Assembly (NCBI GenBank): GCA_041650895.1
Contig: JBAZKF010000001.1
Location: 145,685-209,684, forward strand
Reading direction: 5' to 3'
From: Patescibacteria group bacterium
GTDB taxonomy: Bacteria > Patescibacteriota > Patescibacteriia > 2-01-FULL-39-33
Length of the DNA stretch: 64,000 nt
The notes below the pieces were generated by a model. That model was not told where the DNA came from and did no database searches. It worked only from the letters and a program-made list of their open reading frames with translations. How positions within the stretch are numbered: position 1 is the first letter of the stretch; each line of letters begins with the position of its first letter. A program made the position numbers and the translations under genes. Shown here one piece after another: positions 8,621 through 18,280 of the stretch.

Positions 8621-9440
8621 AAGTCAGATCCTTTAGTTGTGCAACTTTTTTAGCCACAAATTCCACGTATTGCGGAACATTCCTGGCTCCGCGGTGCGGC
8701 TCCGGAGACAGGAAGGGCGCATCGGTTTCAATCAAAATCCTATCAAGCGGCGTCTCCCGAACTATCTGTTGGAGTTCTTCGGATTTTTTCTTGAATGTTA
8801 TAATGCCGGTAAAACCCAAATATAAACCGAGTCGCAAAAATTGCTTGGCTTGTTCGGCATTACCGCCAAAGCAATGCACTACTCCTTTGACTTTCCTATC
8901 GGAGCCAATCTTGTCTTGTAAAATGCGCAAAATATCATCATAGGCATCAGTCGGGTTAGCAACAGAGCCTCGGCTGTGGATAACCAAGGGCAGATTAAGT
9001 TCTTCAGCCAAAGCGATAAAACCACGGAAGGCCTGCTCTTGTTTAATCTTCAATTGCGCGATCTCCGCAACAGAAAATTTACCGAAATAAAAATAATCCA
9101 ATCCGGTTTCGCCGACAGCCACGACTTTCTTGGATGATCGGGCTAACTGGCGGTATTTATTAGCATCAAAATCCTCTTGCGCGGTCTTAAAAGTCTGCGG
9201 TTTGCCTTCAATAATAATAGTTTCTTCCCCCGCTTCAATTAAATGAAGCGGGTGCAATCCGACTACGGCATAAACCCCGCGCGGAAATTTTTCCGCCAAA
9301 TTAATCGCCCGTTCGGAAGTGGAATATTGCGCGCCCACATTCAATAAGGCGTAATTAGACGATAAAAAATCAGCCGCCACTTTAGTGGCGTCATCTCTAA
9401 AGGAAATGAAGTTTAGATGGCAATGAGAGTCTACCAACAT
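8565..9440 (-). CDS. TatD-family metal-dependent hydrolase/DNase
   Basis: N-terminus MLVDSHCHLNF with HxH metal ligands, and the TIM-barrel TatD length (291 aa). Confidence 0.9.
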   Translation of the reverse strand: MLVDSHCHLNFISFRDDATKVAADFLSSNYALLNVGAQYSTSERAINLAEKFPRGVYAVVGLHPLHLIEAGEETIIIEGKPQTFKTAQEDFDANKYRQLARSSKKVVAVGETGLDYFYFGKFSVAEIAQLKIKQEQAFRGFIALAEELNLPLVIHSRGSVANPTDAYDDILRILQDKIGSDRKVKGVVHCFGGNAEQAKQFLRLGLYLGFTGIITFKKKSEELQQIVRETPLDRILIETDAPFLSPEPHRGARNVPQYVEFVAKKVAQLKDLTYGEVAEATTKNAKELFGI

Positions 9441-9443
9441 ACA

Positions 9444-9968
9444 TTAAAATATTGACTGTATTCTATTAAACGCCTCGGGCAAAAGCTTAGTCAGCCAAGT
9501 GGCCGACAAAACCAGCCAATAAGCTATCTGGGAATTGCCCAAAAAATTCTTAACTAAAGAAATATCTGGAGCAATTTTGGCTAAAACGAATATTATAATG
9601 CCGGAAGTCAAAACACCTTCCACTAACCCCAATAGCGCGCCGCCCAGCCGATTCAAAGAACCCAAAAAAGGAATAATGGAAATCAACTTAAAGCCACGAT
9701 CAACCAGATAAAATAATAAAACCGTCAAACGGTTTACTGCAATAAAAACAAATAAGAAGGCAACGATTCTAGCGGCGATAGCATGGCCCATCAGCACCGG
9801 CGTCAGCCAATCGGCTACCGGCATAAAATAATGGCCGGCCACCCAAGTGCCAAAGATCATGCCGACCAAAGCGCCAATCGTGCGTATCAGTCCCATAACA
9901 AAGCCCCACATCACGAAAATTAAAACAATAATAATCAAAATGACGTCGACAAGCGTAAAAACCATCAT
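9444..9968 (-). CDS. CvpA-family membrane protein
   Basis: 174 aa with four TM helices starting MMVFTLVDVILIIIVLIFVMWGFVMG, typical of CvpA. Confidence 0.7.
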   Translation of the reverse strand: MMVFTLVDVILIIIVLIFVMWGFVMGLIRTIGALVGMIFGTWVAGHYFMPVADWLTPVLMGHAIAARIVAFLFVFIAVNRLTVLLFYLVDRGFKLISIIPFLGSLNRLGGALLGLVEGVLTSGIIIFVLAKIAPDISLVKNFLGNSQIAYWLVLSATWLTKLLPEAFNRIQSIF

Positions 9969-9993
9969 ATAGATAGCTTATGATTAATATTTA

Positions 9994-11490
9994 CTATATC
10001 CTGGGGAATAAGCCAGTGATCTTCTCTACTTTACTCTGGGGCTCCAAAAGACCCCAAACAGTCAAGGTTTTATAATCTTGGCCAAAAAAGCCTGCTTGAC
10101 CCAAGGCGGTCATAATCCTTTCTCCACTTTCCGGCATAATCGGCCAAAGCAAGACACCGACATGACGCAATAACTCCAGTAAGTTATAGATTACTTCTTC
10201 TAATCTTTTAACATCGGTCTTAGCCAGTTCCCAAGGCTTATTTTTTTCCACATAAGCGTCACCCAAAGCGACTAAGCCCTTAACCGCTTCAATGCCGTTA
10301 TCAGGCAGGAAATCACTCATAGCTTGATTATATTGCCCGATGAGCTTTTCAGTTTCCGCTTTCAATTCGTTATCGCGATTCGGCACTAAACCAGCAAAAT
10401 ATTTTTCGGCCATGGCCGTAACGCGGGAAGAAAAATTACCGATACCATTGGCCAAATCTGAATTATACTGAATAACAAACTTATCCGCCTTGATATCTCC
10501 GTCCTGTCCGAACGGAAATTGCGACAGCAACAAATACCTGATAGCGTCAACGCCAAATCCTTTAGCTAATTCTAAGGGGTCAATAATATTACCCAAAGAT
10601 TTGCCCATCTTATGCCCGTCAACCGTAAAGAAACCATGGGCAAAAATAGTCATGGGGGGTTGGATTTCCGCGGCCAATAGCATGGCCGGCCAAAAAATAC
10701 AATGAAACTTAATAATGTCCTTGCCGATAACGTGTACATCAGCCGGCCAAAACTTATCCAGCTTAGCTTCGTCGCCGGAACCATAACCCAAAGCATTAAT
10801 ATAATTACTTAGAGCATCGGCCCAAACATAAGTAACTTGTGTCGGATCCCAAGGCAAAGGTATGCCCCATTTGAGATTTTGACGAGAAATGGAAAAATCA
10901 GACAACTCCTGTTTGAATAAGCCCAGCACTTCTTTCTTTTTGCTGGCAGGCAGGATCCTAATTTTATCCGTATCAATTAATCGCTCTACTTCCGGCAAAT
11001 ACTTCTTCAAATTGAAAAAGTAATTCTTTTCTTCAATAAGCTCCGGCTTGGTTTGGTGCACCGGACATAAACCGCCGACCAAATCCTTTTCTGTCACAAA
11101 AGCCTCACAACCCTTACAATAATAACCCTCATACTTGCCCTCGTAAATCGCTTCGGCCTCTTTTAACCTTAACAGCAGTTTAGTGACGCCATCCTTGTGG
11201 CGGTCGGAAGTAGTGCGAATAAAATCATCATTAGAAATATTAAGCGCGTCCCAAGCGAATTGCCATTTAGCCGCCATAGCGTCGCAGAATTCCTGCGGCG
11301 ATGCATTAGCGGCCGCAGCCGAATCTGACATTTTCTGGCCATGCTCATCCACACCGGTTAGATAGTAAACTTCATCGCCGAGTAAACGATGATAACGTGC
11401 CAGAACATCAGCAGCGATTGTCGGATAAGCCGAGCCGATATGCGGTTCGGCGTTAGAATAATAAATTGGGGTGGTTATGTAAAACTTCAT
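9994..11490 (-). CDS. metG: methionine--tRNA ligase (short form)
   Basis: HIGS-type motif (PIYYSNAEPHIGSAY) and KMGKS (KMSKS motif). 498 aa, so it lacks the C-terminal tRNA-binding extension. Confidence 0.93.
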   Translation of the reverse strand: MKFYITTPIYYSNAEPHIGSAYPTIAADVLARYHRLLGDEVYYLTGVDEHGQKMSDSAAAANASPQEFCDAMAAKWQFAWDALNISNDDFIRTTSDRHKDGVTKLLLRLKEAEAIYEGKYEGYYCKGCEAFVTEKDLVGGLCPVHQTKPELIEEKNYFFNLKKYLPEVERLIDTDKIRILPASKKKEVLGLFKQELSDFSISRQNLKWGIPLPWDPTQVTYVWADALSNYINALGYGSGDEAKLDKFWPADVHVIGKDIIKFHCIFWPAMLLAAEIQPPMTIFAHGFFTVDGHKMGKSLGNIIDPLELAKGFGVDAIRYLLLSQFPFGQDGDIKADKFVIQYNSDLANGIGNFSSRVTAMAEKYFAGLVPNRDNELKAETEKLIGQYNQAMSDFLPDNGIEAVKGLVALGDAYVEKNKPWELAKTDVKRLEEVIYNLLELLRHVGVLLWPIMPESGERIMTALGQAGFFGQDYKTLTVWGLLEPQSKVEKITGLFPRI

Positions 11491-11554
11491 AAATTAATAT
11501 TTATTTCTTCCATTTTTATAATTCGTAGTTCGTAATTATTGATTCATAATTGGC

Positions 11555-12241
11555 CTACTTTCCTTCCACTACCACAACAAACTCGCCTTTGGTAGTATCG
11601 GACTTTAATTGATCTAAAATTTGCTTGATATTGCCGCGATAAACGGTTTCAAATTTCTTCGTCAGTTCGCGACCCACAACGATTCGCCTGCCATTATCCG
11701 CCCCGGGGGGCATCATCTCGTTTAACTTTTCCAAAGATTTGATAATCCGATGAGTAGATTCATAAAACACTGTCGTCTCTCCACTGTCAATTATTCTTTT
11801 CAGTATTGTCTCCTTGCCTTTCTTATGAGGCAAAAAGCCCAAGAACAGAAAACGATCGGTCGGCAAGCCGGAAATAGACAAAAGGGCGACAATAGCTGAC
11901 GGACCGGGAATAGGGATAATCTCGCACTGACTGCCAAATCTTTTGACTGCCGCTTCCACCAACAAATTGCCCGGATCGGAAATTCCCGGAGTCCCTGCGT
12001 CAGTAATAACCGCCATCTCCCCCGTCTCGGCCAGCTTATCCAACAAAAAATCCACCTTGCCGGCTGAGCTATGCTGGTGATAGGAAACTGTTTTGGTTTT
12101 GATATCGTAAGCCGCTAAAAGCTTGCTGGAAACACGCGTGTCTTCGCAAGCAATCAAAGGCACGGACTTGAGTACCTCCAAAGCCCGGAGAGTTATATCT
12201 TTTAAATTTCCCAGCGGCGTCGCGACAATATAGAGTTTCAT
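11555..12241 (-). CDS. rsmI: 16S rRNA (cytidine1402-2'-O)-methyltransferase
   Basis: MKLYIVATPLGNLKDITLRALEVLKSVPLIACEDTR is the tetrapyrrole-methylase-fold RsmI N-terminus. Confidence 0.88.
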   Translation of the reverse strand: MKLYIVATPLGNLKDITLRALEVLKSVPLIACEDTRVSSKLLAAYDIKTKTVSYHQHSSAGKVDFLLDKLAETGEMAVITDAGTPGISDPGNLLVEAAVKRFGSQCEIIPIPGPSAIVALLSISGLPTDRFLFLGFLPHKKGKETILKRIIDSGETTVFYESTHRIIKSLEKLNEMMPPGADNGRRIVVGRELTKKFETVYRGNIKQILDQLKSDTTKGEFVVVVEGK

Positions 12242-12283
12242 AAAAAAACTATACCATTTTTAAGCAAAAAAAGCAACTTTAAT

Positions 12284-12321
12284 TATAAAACCCGCACGAC
12301 GATATGGCGTACGGGTTTTTA
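12284..12321 (-). terminator. putative rho-independent terminator downstream of the 12347..13270 gene
   Basis: CCCG(C/T)ACG stem with one mismatch, flanked by A- and T-tracts. Confidence 0.4.
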
Positions 12322-12346
12322 ACTTTTCAATAACTGTAATACCTGT

Positions 12347-13270
12347 TTATTTGGTGGTTGCCGTAGTCTGGGTTGTGGCCGAACCGGAAGCCTTAGTCGC
12401 ATCCGCTTTCACCTCTGTACCGGTCGTCAGATCCTTATAATCTCCCATCAGATCTAAATTAGTGAAGATATAAGTACCGTCATCAGCGACAATTCCCACA
12501 TCCGCCCAAGCCTGAGTGAACACCAGGTACTCGCTGACTTCTCCGCTGATTAATATTGTCGGCGCTTTGGTTATCTTGTACTTCTCAACCAAATCTTTGC
12601 CGGCAGGCGAAGAAATATCTACAGTTTTAGCTCGGTTAGTCGGCACGCCTAAGTTTTCCAAAGCCGTTGCATGAGTCTTGACATCATAACAAGTCTTGCA
12701 AGATTCATCAGTCAAATAAGTAACCAATATTTCTCCTTTGAGTTTATTTAAAGCCAAGTCATAATACGGCGCTAAAATTTTGGTCAAGACAAATTGATTA
12801 TCAACAGTATTACCCAAAGTGCTGGTGAAAAAAGCAGCTAAATCAGGATTTTTGCTAAAATCTGTTTCTACTACGACAGTCGGGACTTTGGTTACTTGTA
12901 ACTTCTTAGCTAACGCCTTGCCTTTACTCCAGGGCCACCAACCATCAACCTTGAGGGTTTCCACATCGGTGATTTTGATGCTTCTGCTTTTTAAAGCGTC
13001 AATAAATAAGCTAGTATCCCAGCATTTATTACCACAATGCGTAGAAGTTAAAACAATCACTTTGGCTTCAGCAATAGGATTAGCCGGTTGGGAATCGTCT
13101 TTCTTTCCGTCCCACACGCCGGATAGCCACAAGACCAACACCAAAATAACAATAATGACTAAAGCAATGGCCAAACCGATTATCAAACCGCGCTTGAAAT
13201 TGCTTTGCCCTTCGCGTTTAGCGCAAACATTCTTGCACCAGTCAGAAATTTTAGAAATAATTTTCTTCAT
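12347..13270 (-). CDS. membrane-anchored protein with two thioredoxin/glutaredoxin-like domains
   Basis: Start placed at MKKIISK, 30 nt after the lutB-like stop. One TM helix, then two segments with Cys pairs (HCGNKC and SCKTC) in thioredoxin-fold-like context, then a Thr/Ser-rich tail. Confidence 0.45.
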   Translation of the reverse strand: MKKIISKISDWCKNVCAKREGQSNFKRGLIIGLAIALVIIVILVLVLWLSGVWDGKKDDSQPANPIAEAKVIVLTSTHCGNKCWDTSLFIDALKSRSIKITDVETLKVDGWWPWSKGKALAKKLQVTKVPTVVVETDFSKNPDLAAFFTSTLGNTVDNQFVLTKILAPYYDLALNKLKGEILVTYLTDESCKTCYDVKTHATALENLGVPTNRAKTVDISSPAGKDLVEKYKITKAPTILISGEVSEYLVFTQAWADVGIVADDGTYIFTNLDLMGDYKDLTTGTEVKADATKASGSATTQTTATTK

Positions 13271-13302
13271 ATTTTTTAACGATAAATATATAATCTGATT
13301 AA

Positions 13303-14454
13303 TTAACAGCAAAATAGCTCATCTGGTGTAGCACCTTCTGGGACTTCGCCGAAAGGATTGCCGTAGTGCTTTAAGTTTTTAAGCATTTTGGCATTAACCT
13401 CGCTAATCTTGCCTTCGGCGGTAAATTTCTCGCGATAAACTCTGGTAATATTCTGCCAATCAATCTTGGCCGGACAGTTGACTGTGCAATTCTGGCACAG
13501 AGTGCAAGTAGAATTAGTTTTATTGTTTGAGACCTTGGGCATGGTCAAAGTCAGATTCCAAGCCGGGCAAAGGTTATAACAAGCTCCACAATGGATACAG
13601 TATAACATACTTTCCAACTCGGTGCCAACTTTTTTATAGGATTGCCCTTCAATCAGAATTACCGCCAAATCCTGAGCTCCTTGCACACCGGTAATTAACT
13701 CGTTTTCAATATCGGCTGTTTGCGACGGTCCGCCAATAAACGACACGTAAGACGTCCAACTCTGACCGGTCCCCCAAACCGCAGCCGCCTTGGCAATTTT
13801 AATCGCGTCGTCATACGAGGCCACGACTTTTTCCACGTTAGCCACAGCAATATGCAGCTTGGGCAAACGAGTGATCAGAGAAATATTGCCTTCGTTCTCA
13901 AGTAGCATGATTTGCCCGTCGGCGGTAACGGCGTTAACGCCGGTCAACCCCACTTCGGCGGATAAGATCTTCTCCCTGATAACAGTTTTCAATTTATTCA
14001 CTAATTCTTTAGGGTTAGCCGGCAAATCAATCCCTTTCTGTTTGAATCTCGCAACGATTTCTTCCACCCGTAAATCAATAGCCGGCAAAACCGGATGATC
14101 GCTGTCACCGCCGATTTGCGAGACAATATAAGCACCCAAATCGGTCTCTGTCAATTTATCGCCCAGGATTTCTTTTAAACTTAATTTATCCAAAGTGTTG
14201 GACTTGCTTTTGACTGCCTGGCTTGAGCCGACTAACTCTTTAATTAATGCGGTAGCGGCAATATTGTCCTTGACCACATAAACCTTAGCGCCGGCTTGCT
14301 CTAATTTGTTCTTGGCCTTTTCTACTAATTCTGCCAGCCTGGCTGCTGCATTTTTTTTCAAATCAAAAATCTGATCGCGCAGCTTCTCCTGATCTTCACG
14401 GCTTAAGGCGGTATCTCGCTTGCTAAGATAATTGTAAACAAAATCGCGATTCAT
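13303..14454 (-). CDS. LutB/LldF-like Fe-S protein (LUD domain plus 2x 4Fe-4S ferredoxin motifs)
   Basis: CIHCGACYNLCP and CTLCQNCTVNCP ferredoxin-type Cys clusters at the C-terminus. It sits downstream of the LutA-like gene. Confidence 0.7.
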   Translation of the reverse strand: MNRDFVYNYLSKRDTALSREDQEKLRDQIFDLKKNAAARLAELVEKAKNKLEQAGAKVYVVKDNIAATALIKELVGSSQAVKSKSNTLDKLSLKEILGDKLTETDLGAYIVSQIGGDSDHPVLPAIDLRVEEIVARFKQKGIDLPANPKELVNKLKTVIREKILSAEVGLTGVNAVTADGQIMLLENEGNISLITRLPKLHIAVANVEKVVASYDDAIKIAKAAAVWGTGQSWTSYVSFIGGPSQTADIENELITGVQGAQDLAVILIEGQSYKKVGTELESMLYCIHCGACYNLCPAWNLTLTMPKVSNNKTNSTCTLCQNCTVNCPAKIDWQNITRVYREKFTAEGKISEVNAKMLKNLKHYGNPFGEVPEGATPDELFCC

Positions 14455-14456
14455 AA

Positions 14457-15194
14457 TTATATTTTTCCTAATAGCACTTCGGAAAACTCTACGACTTTAA
14501 TTTTATCGCCCACGCCATTGCGCAAATTATAGGTACACATAGGGCAAGGCGTAACTAAATATTCGGCAGCTGTGTCCACGGCTTGACTCACTCGCTCGGT
14601 TGCGATCTTTTCCGCCAATTCCTTATGATTGGATTGCACTCCCCCGCCCGCTCCGCAACAAAAAGCATGTTCGCGGTTCAGTACCATCTCTTGCAAATCA
14701 ACGCCCAGAAGTTTAAGCAATTCCCGCGGTTCCTCATAAATCCGGCCATGCCGCCCCAAATGGCAGGGATCATGGTAAGTGGCTTTGATTTTTGCTGCCG
14801 GCAAATTCAGTTTCCCACTTTTCAATTTCTTCAGTAGATAAGTAGTCATGTGCTCAACCTCAATATCCCACAAGTCTGACAGAATTTTAGGATATTCATG
14901 GCTGAATACGCGATAGCAAGCCGGACAGCCCGTAATGATTTTTGTAATATTATACTGCTTGAACAATTGCAGATTTTTCTCGGCTAAAGATTCGGCCTCG
15001 GCCTTAAAACCGGCATTAATGGCCGGCGAACCGCAGCAAACCTCCTTATCCGGCAGAACAATGGGATCCTCTCCGCACATTTCCAATAGTTTTTTGTAAT
15101 TATCAAAAATATCCTTAGCCACGTATTTGGTCAGGCAGCCGGGATAATATAAGGTATTGCCGGAAGATTTTAAGACTTTATCTAAAAAAGACAT
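14457..15194 (-). CDS. LutA/GlcF-like (Fe-S) oxidoreductase with cysteine-rich CCG domains
   Basis: Two CCG-type motifs (PGCLTKY ... CCGSP and HDPCHLGRH ... CCGAGGG). ATG at 15194 (MSFLDK) preferred over the track's TTG at 15209. Confidence 0.75.
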   Translation of the reverse strand: MSFLDKVLKSSGNTLYYPGCLTKYVAKDIFDNYKKLLEMCGEDPIVLPDKEVCCGSPAINAGFKAEAESLAEKNLQLFKQYNITKIITGCPACYRVFSHEYPKILSDLWDIEVEHMTTYLLKKLKSGKLNLPAAKIKATYHDPCHLGRHGRIYEEPRELLKLLGVDLQEMVLNREHAFCCGAGGGVQSNHKELAEKIATERVSQAVDTAAEYLVTPCPMCTYNLRNGVGDKIKVVEFSEVLLGKI

Positions 15195-15219
15195 AATTTT
15201 AACTGGCAATTATGTAAAT

Positions 15220-15248
15220 ATCTTATCAAAAATATGTTAATTTGGCAA
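15220..15248 (-). promoter_or_regulatory. putative promoter for the lutA-lutB-like operon (TTGCCA, 17 bp, TAAGAT)
   Basis: Reverse complement reads TTGCCAAATTAACATATTTTTGATAAGAT, ending about 25 nt upstream of ATG 15194. Confidence 0.3.
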
Positions 15249-15304
15249 TTTGGCCCTGTAAATTATGAAGTTAAAACCATCCGGCTGGAATTAACAAATT
15301 ATCA

Positions 15305-15343
15305 TCAAAATAAAAGCCGCGCGACAACATACGTCATCGCACG
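15305..15343 (-). terminator. rho-independent terminator after the 15410..16100 gene
   Basis: Minus-strand CCGTGCGA (12-nt loop) TCGCGCGG is an 8-bp stem with one G-U, followed by CTTTTATTTTGA. Confidence 0.5.
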
Positions 15344-15409
15344 GAAAATTCAAGGGATTAAGGTTCAGGGATCCAGGGAGCCAAGGATCCAAGGTGTCAG
15401 ATTGTCTAC

Positions 15410-16100
15410 CTACCGGCAAGCAGGCTCGCGGACAACCGCAAAACACCAGTCGCTACTGAAGTTACCCCCGAGCTTATCCATATCCAAACAGCGCCCCAAA
15501 CCAATCATACGAAGACAAGCAAAACCACGGCCGAAGGTAAACTCCAAAATTGAGCCCAAAGCGGCAATGGGAAATAGCCGTTGGAGTCCGGGTTGAGCCG
15601 CGCCCAACGCCAGGAGTTCTTCAATCTGAACGAAACGATAACGATAACCCGCTCCCCGACGCAACAACAAATCATTAACTTCTTTCAATTTGTCGATAAC
15701 CTGTTCGCCATTGTCAAAATTCTGACCAAAACAAAGCAACTCAACTATAATTTTTCGTTTGCCTGGTAGTGATCCCTTAATAATGCGTAACTGCTTGATG
15801 TCCGAATCTTCCCTGTCATAATGGCCAGCATAAATCATCTGTTCAATATTCTGACTAAGATCCACAACCACCTCGTAGCTGTTGACTGTATAAAGCAATA
15901 TAGCTTGCTTTGCAACGGTCTTAGCGTCACACACTTTGGCCATAACCAATTCGGCGATTTGCCGTCGCAGGCCACTGTCCGTCTCAATGAGACGAATCGC
16001 CTCGTCATCACCACCCAAGGACAGAATTTCGTCCGTCAGAGACTTCCAAATTTGCCACATAGTACCCAAGGCGCCCAAAAACTCACTCTTCTTTTTCATG
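15410..16100 (-). CDS. hypothetical protein, apparently monocistronic
   Basis: Start set to ATG 16100 (MKKKSEFLG), preceded by GGGAGAAAGACC. No recognisable motif. It is flanked by its own strong promoter (16178-16206) and terminator (15305-15343). Confidence 0.5.
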
Positions 16101-16177
16101 GTCTTTCTCCCATGCTGCGGCTTACCTCCTACTAGAGAACTATTCTCCAGCCTAAGGCCTACCAATGTACTGCACAC

Positions 16178-16206
16178 ATTATCTCACAATATTAATATTT
16201 TGTCAA
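16178..16206 (-). promoter_or_regulatory. sigma70-type promoter (TTGACA, 17 bp, TGAGATAAT) driving the 15410..16100 gene
   Basis: Reverse complement reads TTGACAAAATATTAATATTGTGAGATAAT. It is a near-copy of the promoter module at 2314-2342, including the upstream TGGATAA(A/C)TATC. Confidence 0.5.
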
Positions 16207-16331
16207 GATATTTATCCACTTCACTGAGCAAATAATATTTTTATCTAATTTTGAACAAAAAAATACGTTAAATCTGGAGTTTGACGTATTTTTAACTGAC
16301 AGCGATAAAAATATAAAAACAACAACTAAAT

Positions 16332-17402
16332 TTAAAACAAAAAGATCAAACTCAGGCCCAATGCCACCAACACTAATCCCATAATGAGCCGTAGCCACTT
16401 GCGTTTAGACGTACGCCAGGATTCCAGCTGTTGGGGCGATACGCCCTTATAAACAATCGCCAGAATAATAAACAAGGGCGCCACAAAAACAACGTTATAA
16501 AACAGCAAATAAACCACCCCGCTCCAATAAGTGGTTTCTTGCGCCAGTAGCGCCAGAATGGCCAAGTAGAATCCGCCAGTGCAAGGCAACTCAAACAGGG
16601 CGACCAAAAATCCTAAAACAATTGCCGCCGGCAAGGAAGCGTGTTTGATATATTTTTCTAATAATGACCTCTTGCCTTCGGGAATAGCCAGAGTGATCCC
16701 CTGGCCGTACCAAAAAAAATCTTTGATATTAATAAGTCCGGCAATAATCGCCAGCCCCGCCGCCAGCCACAAAACATATTTACTAATAACGCTAAGCCAC
16801 TGAAGGGCTGCCAAAAGACCCAGCCCCGCCGCCAAATAAACGACATAAACAGTAATAACATAAGTAATACCGACCTTAAGCATCCGCTTCTTGGCGCCAA
16901 TGGCCAGAAGTGACAGCATCAAAAAGATCATAACCGAAAAGGCGCAGGGATTAATAGAATCAGCCAAGGCCGCCACAGTTACCGCCCAGACAGTCAGCTT
17001 GTGCGGACTATTGGTTGATACGGCAACGGTTTTAGACGAATCATCGCCAATCAAACCCAATTTAACTTTAAAAAAATCAATGATCGGCTGATCCCCGGAC
17101 AAGCACTGGCCCTCAAAATGCAAATAAGGCACGCCGATATCTTCGGGCGGCACGCTCTTTGCCACGCACAAATCATAAAACTCCTTGGCATTTTTGGGAT
17201 TTTGCGATACTTCCTTCTCTATGATGTTGTATTTTTTTAATATATCATATTGATCAAAAAACTCGTGGACCTTAAGGCAATGCGGGCAAGTGGCTGAATA
17301 ATAATAAATATTCTGATCATCACCGACCGGCGAATATTGAGCCAGCGTCAAGGCCGGCCAAAACATTGACAGCAAAACAATCAGATATATGATTTTTTTC
17401 AT
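16332..17402 (-). CDS. thioredoxin-like domain fused to CcdA/DsbD-type transmembrane thiol-disulfide transporter
   Basis: Signal peptide MKKIIYLIVLLSMFWPALTLA; SATCPHCLKV (CxxC). The C-terminal half is polytopic, with NPCAFSV and ELPCTGG conserved-Cys motifs of the CcdA/DsbD core. Start placed at ATG 17402. Confidence 0.7.
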   Translation of the reverse strand: MKKIIYLIVLLSMFWPALTLAQYSPVGDDQNIYYYSATCPHCLKVHEFFDQYDILKKYNIIEKEVSQNPKNAKEFYDLCVAKSVPPEDIGVPYLHFEGQCLSGDQPIIDFFKVKLGLIGDDSSKTVAVSTNSPHKLTVWAVTVAALADSINPCAFSVMIFLMLSLLAIGAKKRMLKVGITYVITVYVVYLAAGLGLLAALQWLSVISKYVLWLAAGLAIIAGLINIKDFFWYGQGITLAIPEGKRSLLEKYIKHASLPAAIVLGFLVALFELPCTGGFYLAILALLAQETTYWSGVVYLLFYNVVFVAPLFIILAIVYKGVSPQQLESWRTSKRKWLRLIMGLVLVALGLSLIFLF

Positions 17403-17433
17403 AGTTTTGTTTGGTGGTATTAGGGGAAAAAGG

Positions 17434-18183
17434 TTACTCAAACAGCACTTTCATAAAGTACATAAAAATCAAAGCCAGGATGAATAGAACATAAGATAGG
17501 ACGGCGCGGGTCAGATTTTTATCCTTATGCAATTCGGGAATCAAATCCGAGGAAGCGATATAAATAAAACCACCGGCAGCAAAAGGCAAAAGCAAGGCGG
17601 AAATCAATTCGCTTTGCCGGTAAAACATCCAGCCCAATAATATGCCGATAAAAGCCATGCAGGCGGAAAGTAGATTATAGAATAAAGCGCGTTTTTTGGT
17701 GAATCCGGAATACAACAGAACGGCAAAATCACCCAGCTCTTGAGGAATCTCATGAAGGATGATTGACAGGGTTACAGGTATGCCCAGAGCCGGACCGCCC
17801 AAAAAAGAAGCGAATATCACCATACCGTCAATCATGTTATGGAAACCGTCACCGATAAGATTGAGCCAACCCAAATGGCTGTGTGTTTCGCATTCTTCAT
17901 TATGGCAATGATGCCAACGCAGAAATCTTTCCAAAACGAAAAAAAGCGAAAAGCCGACTAGGACGGCAATAAAAACATCTAACGAAGGGATAGTTTCCAA
18001 AACTTCAGGCAACAGATGGAAAAAGGCGGCGCCGATCATTGATCCGGCCGCGAAAGATACAAAATAAATCAAAATCTTGTTCAACCGCTTTTCATTAAGA
18101 AACAGACTGAGCGCGCCGGAAAATGACAATAAACTGACAACGGCTACTGCCAAGATTGACCATAAAAGATTTGATACAACCAT
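17434..18183 (-). CDS. zupT: ZIP-family divalent metal (zinc) transporter
   Basis: HEIPQELGDFAVLL is the ZIP signature H-E-x-P-x-E-x-G-D. Eight TM helices, 249 aa. Confidence 0.8.
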   Translation of the reverse strand: MVVSNLLWSILAVAVVSLLSFSGALSLFLNEKRLNKILIYFVSFAAGSMIGAAFFHLLPEVLETIPSLDVFIAVLVGFSLFFVLERFLRWHHCHNEECETHSHLGWLNLIGDGFHNMIDGMVIFASFLGGPALGIPVTLSIILHEIPQELGDFAVLLYSGFTKKRALFYNLLSACMAFIGILLGWMFYRQSELISALLLPFAAGGFIYIASSDLIPELHKDKNLTRAVLSYVLFILALIFMYFMKVLFE

Positions 18184-18201
18184 AAGGATAAAATGATAAT
18201 G

Positions 18202-18275
18202 TGGACATTACAGGATTCGAACCTGTGACCTTTCGAATGTGAATCGAACGCTCTAACCAACTGAGCTAAATGTCC
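18202..18275 (-). tRNA. tRNA-Val (anticodon CAC)
   Basis: Reverse complement GGACATTTAGCTCAGTTGGTTAGAGCGTTCGATTCACATTCGAAAGGTCACAGGTTCGAATCCTGTAATGTCCA folds as a canonical cloverleaf. Anticodon loop TTCACAT, T-loop GGTTCGAAT, no encoded CCA. Confidence 0.8.
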
Positions 18276-18280
18276 ATTAT

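Noticed and set aside
15234-15596. 120-aa plus-strand ORF partly in the 15210-15409 gap, and the short GGATCCA / CCAAGG repeats at 15361-15392
   Set aside because: The ORF overlaps the C-terminus of the minus-strand gene by about 190 nt and has a low-complexity Arg/Lys/Pro-rich translation. The repeats are too short (6-7 bp, two copies) to be meaningful. The gap is better explained by the lutA promoter and the upstream gene's terminator.
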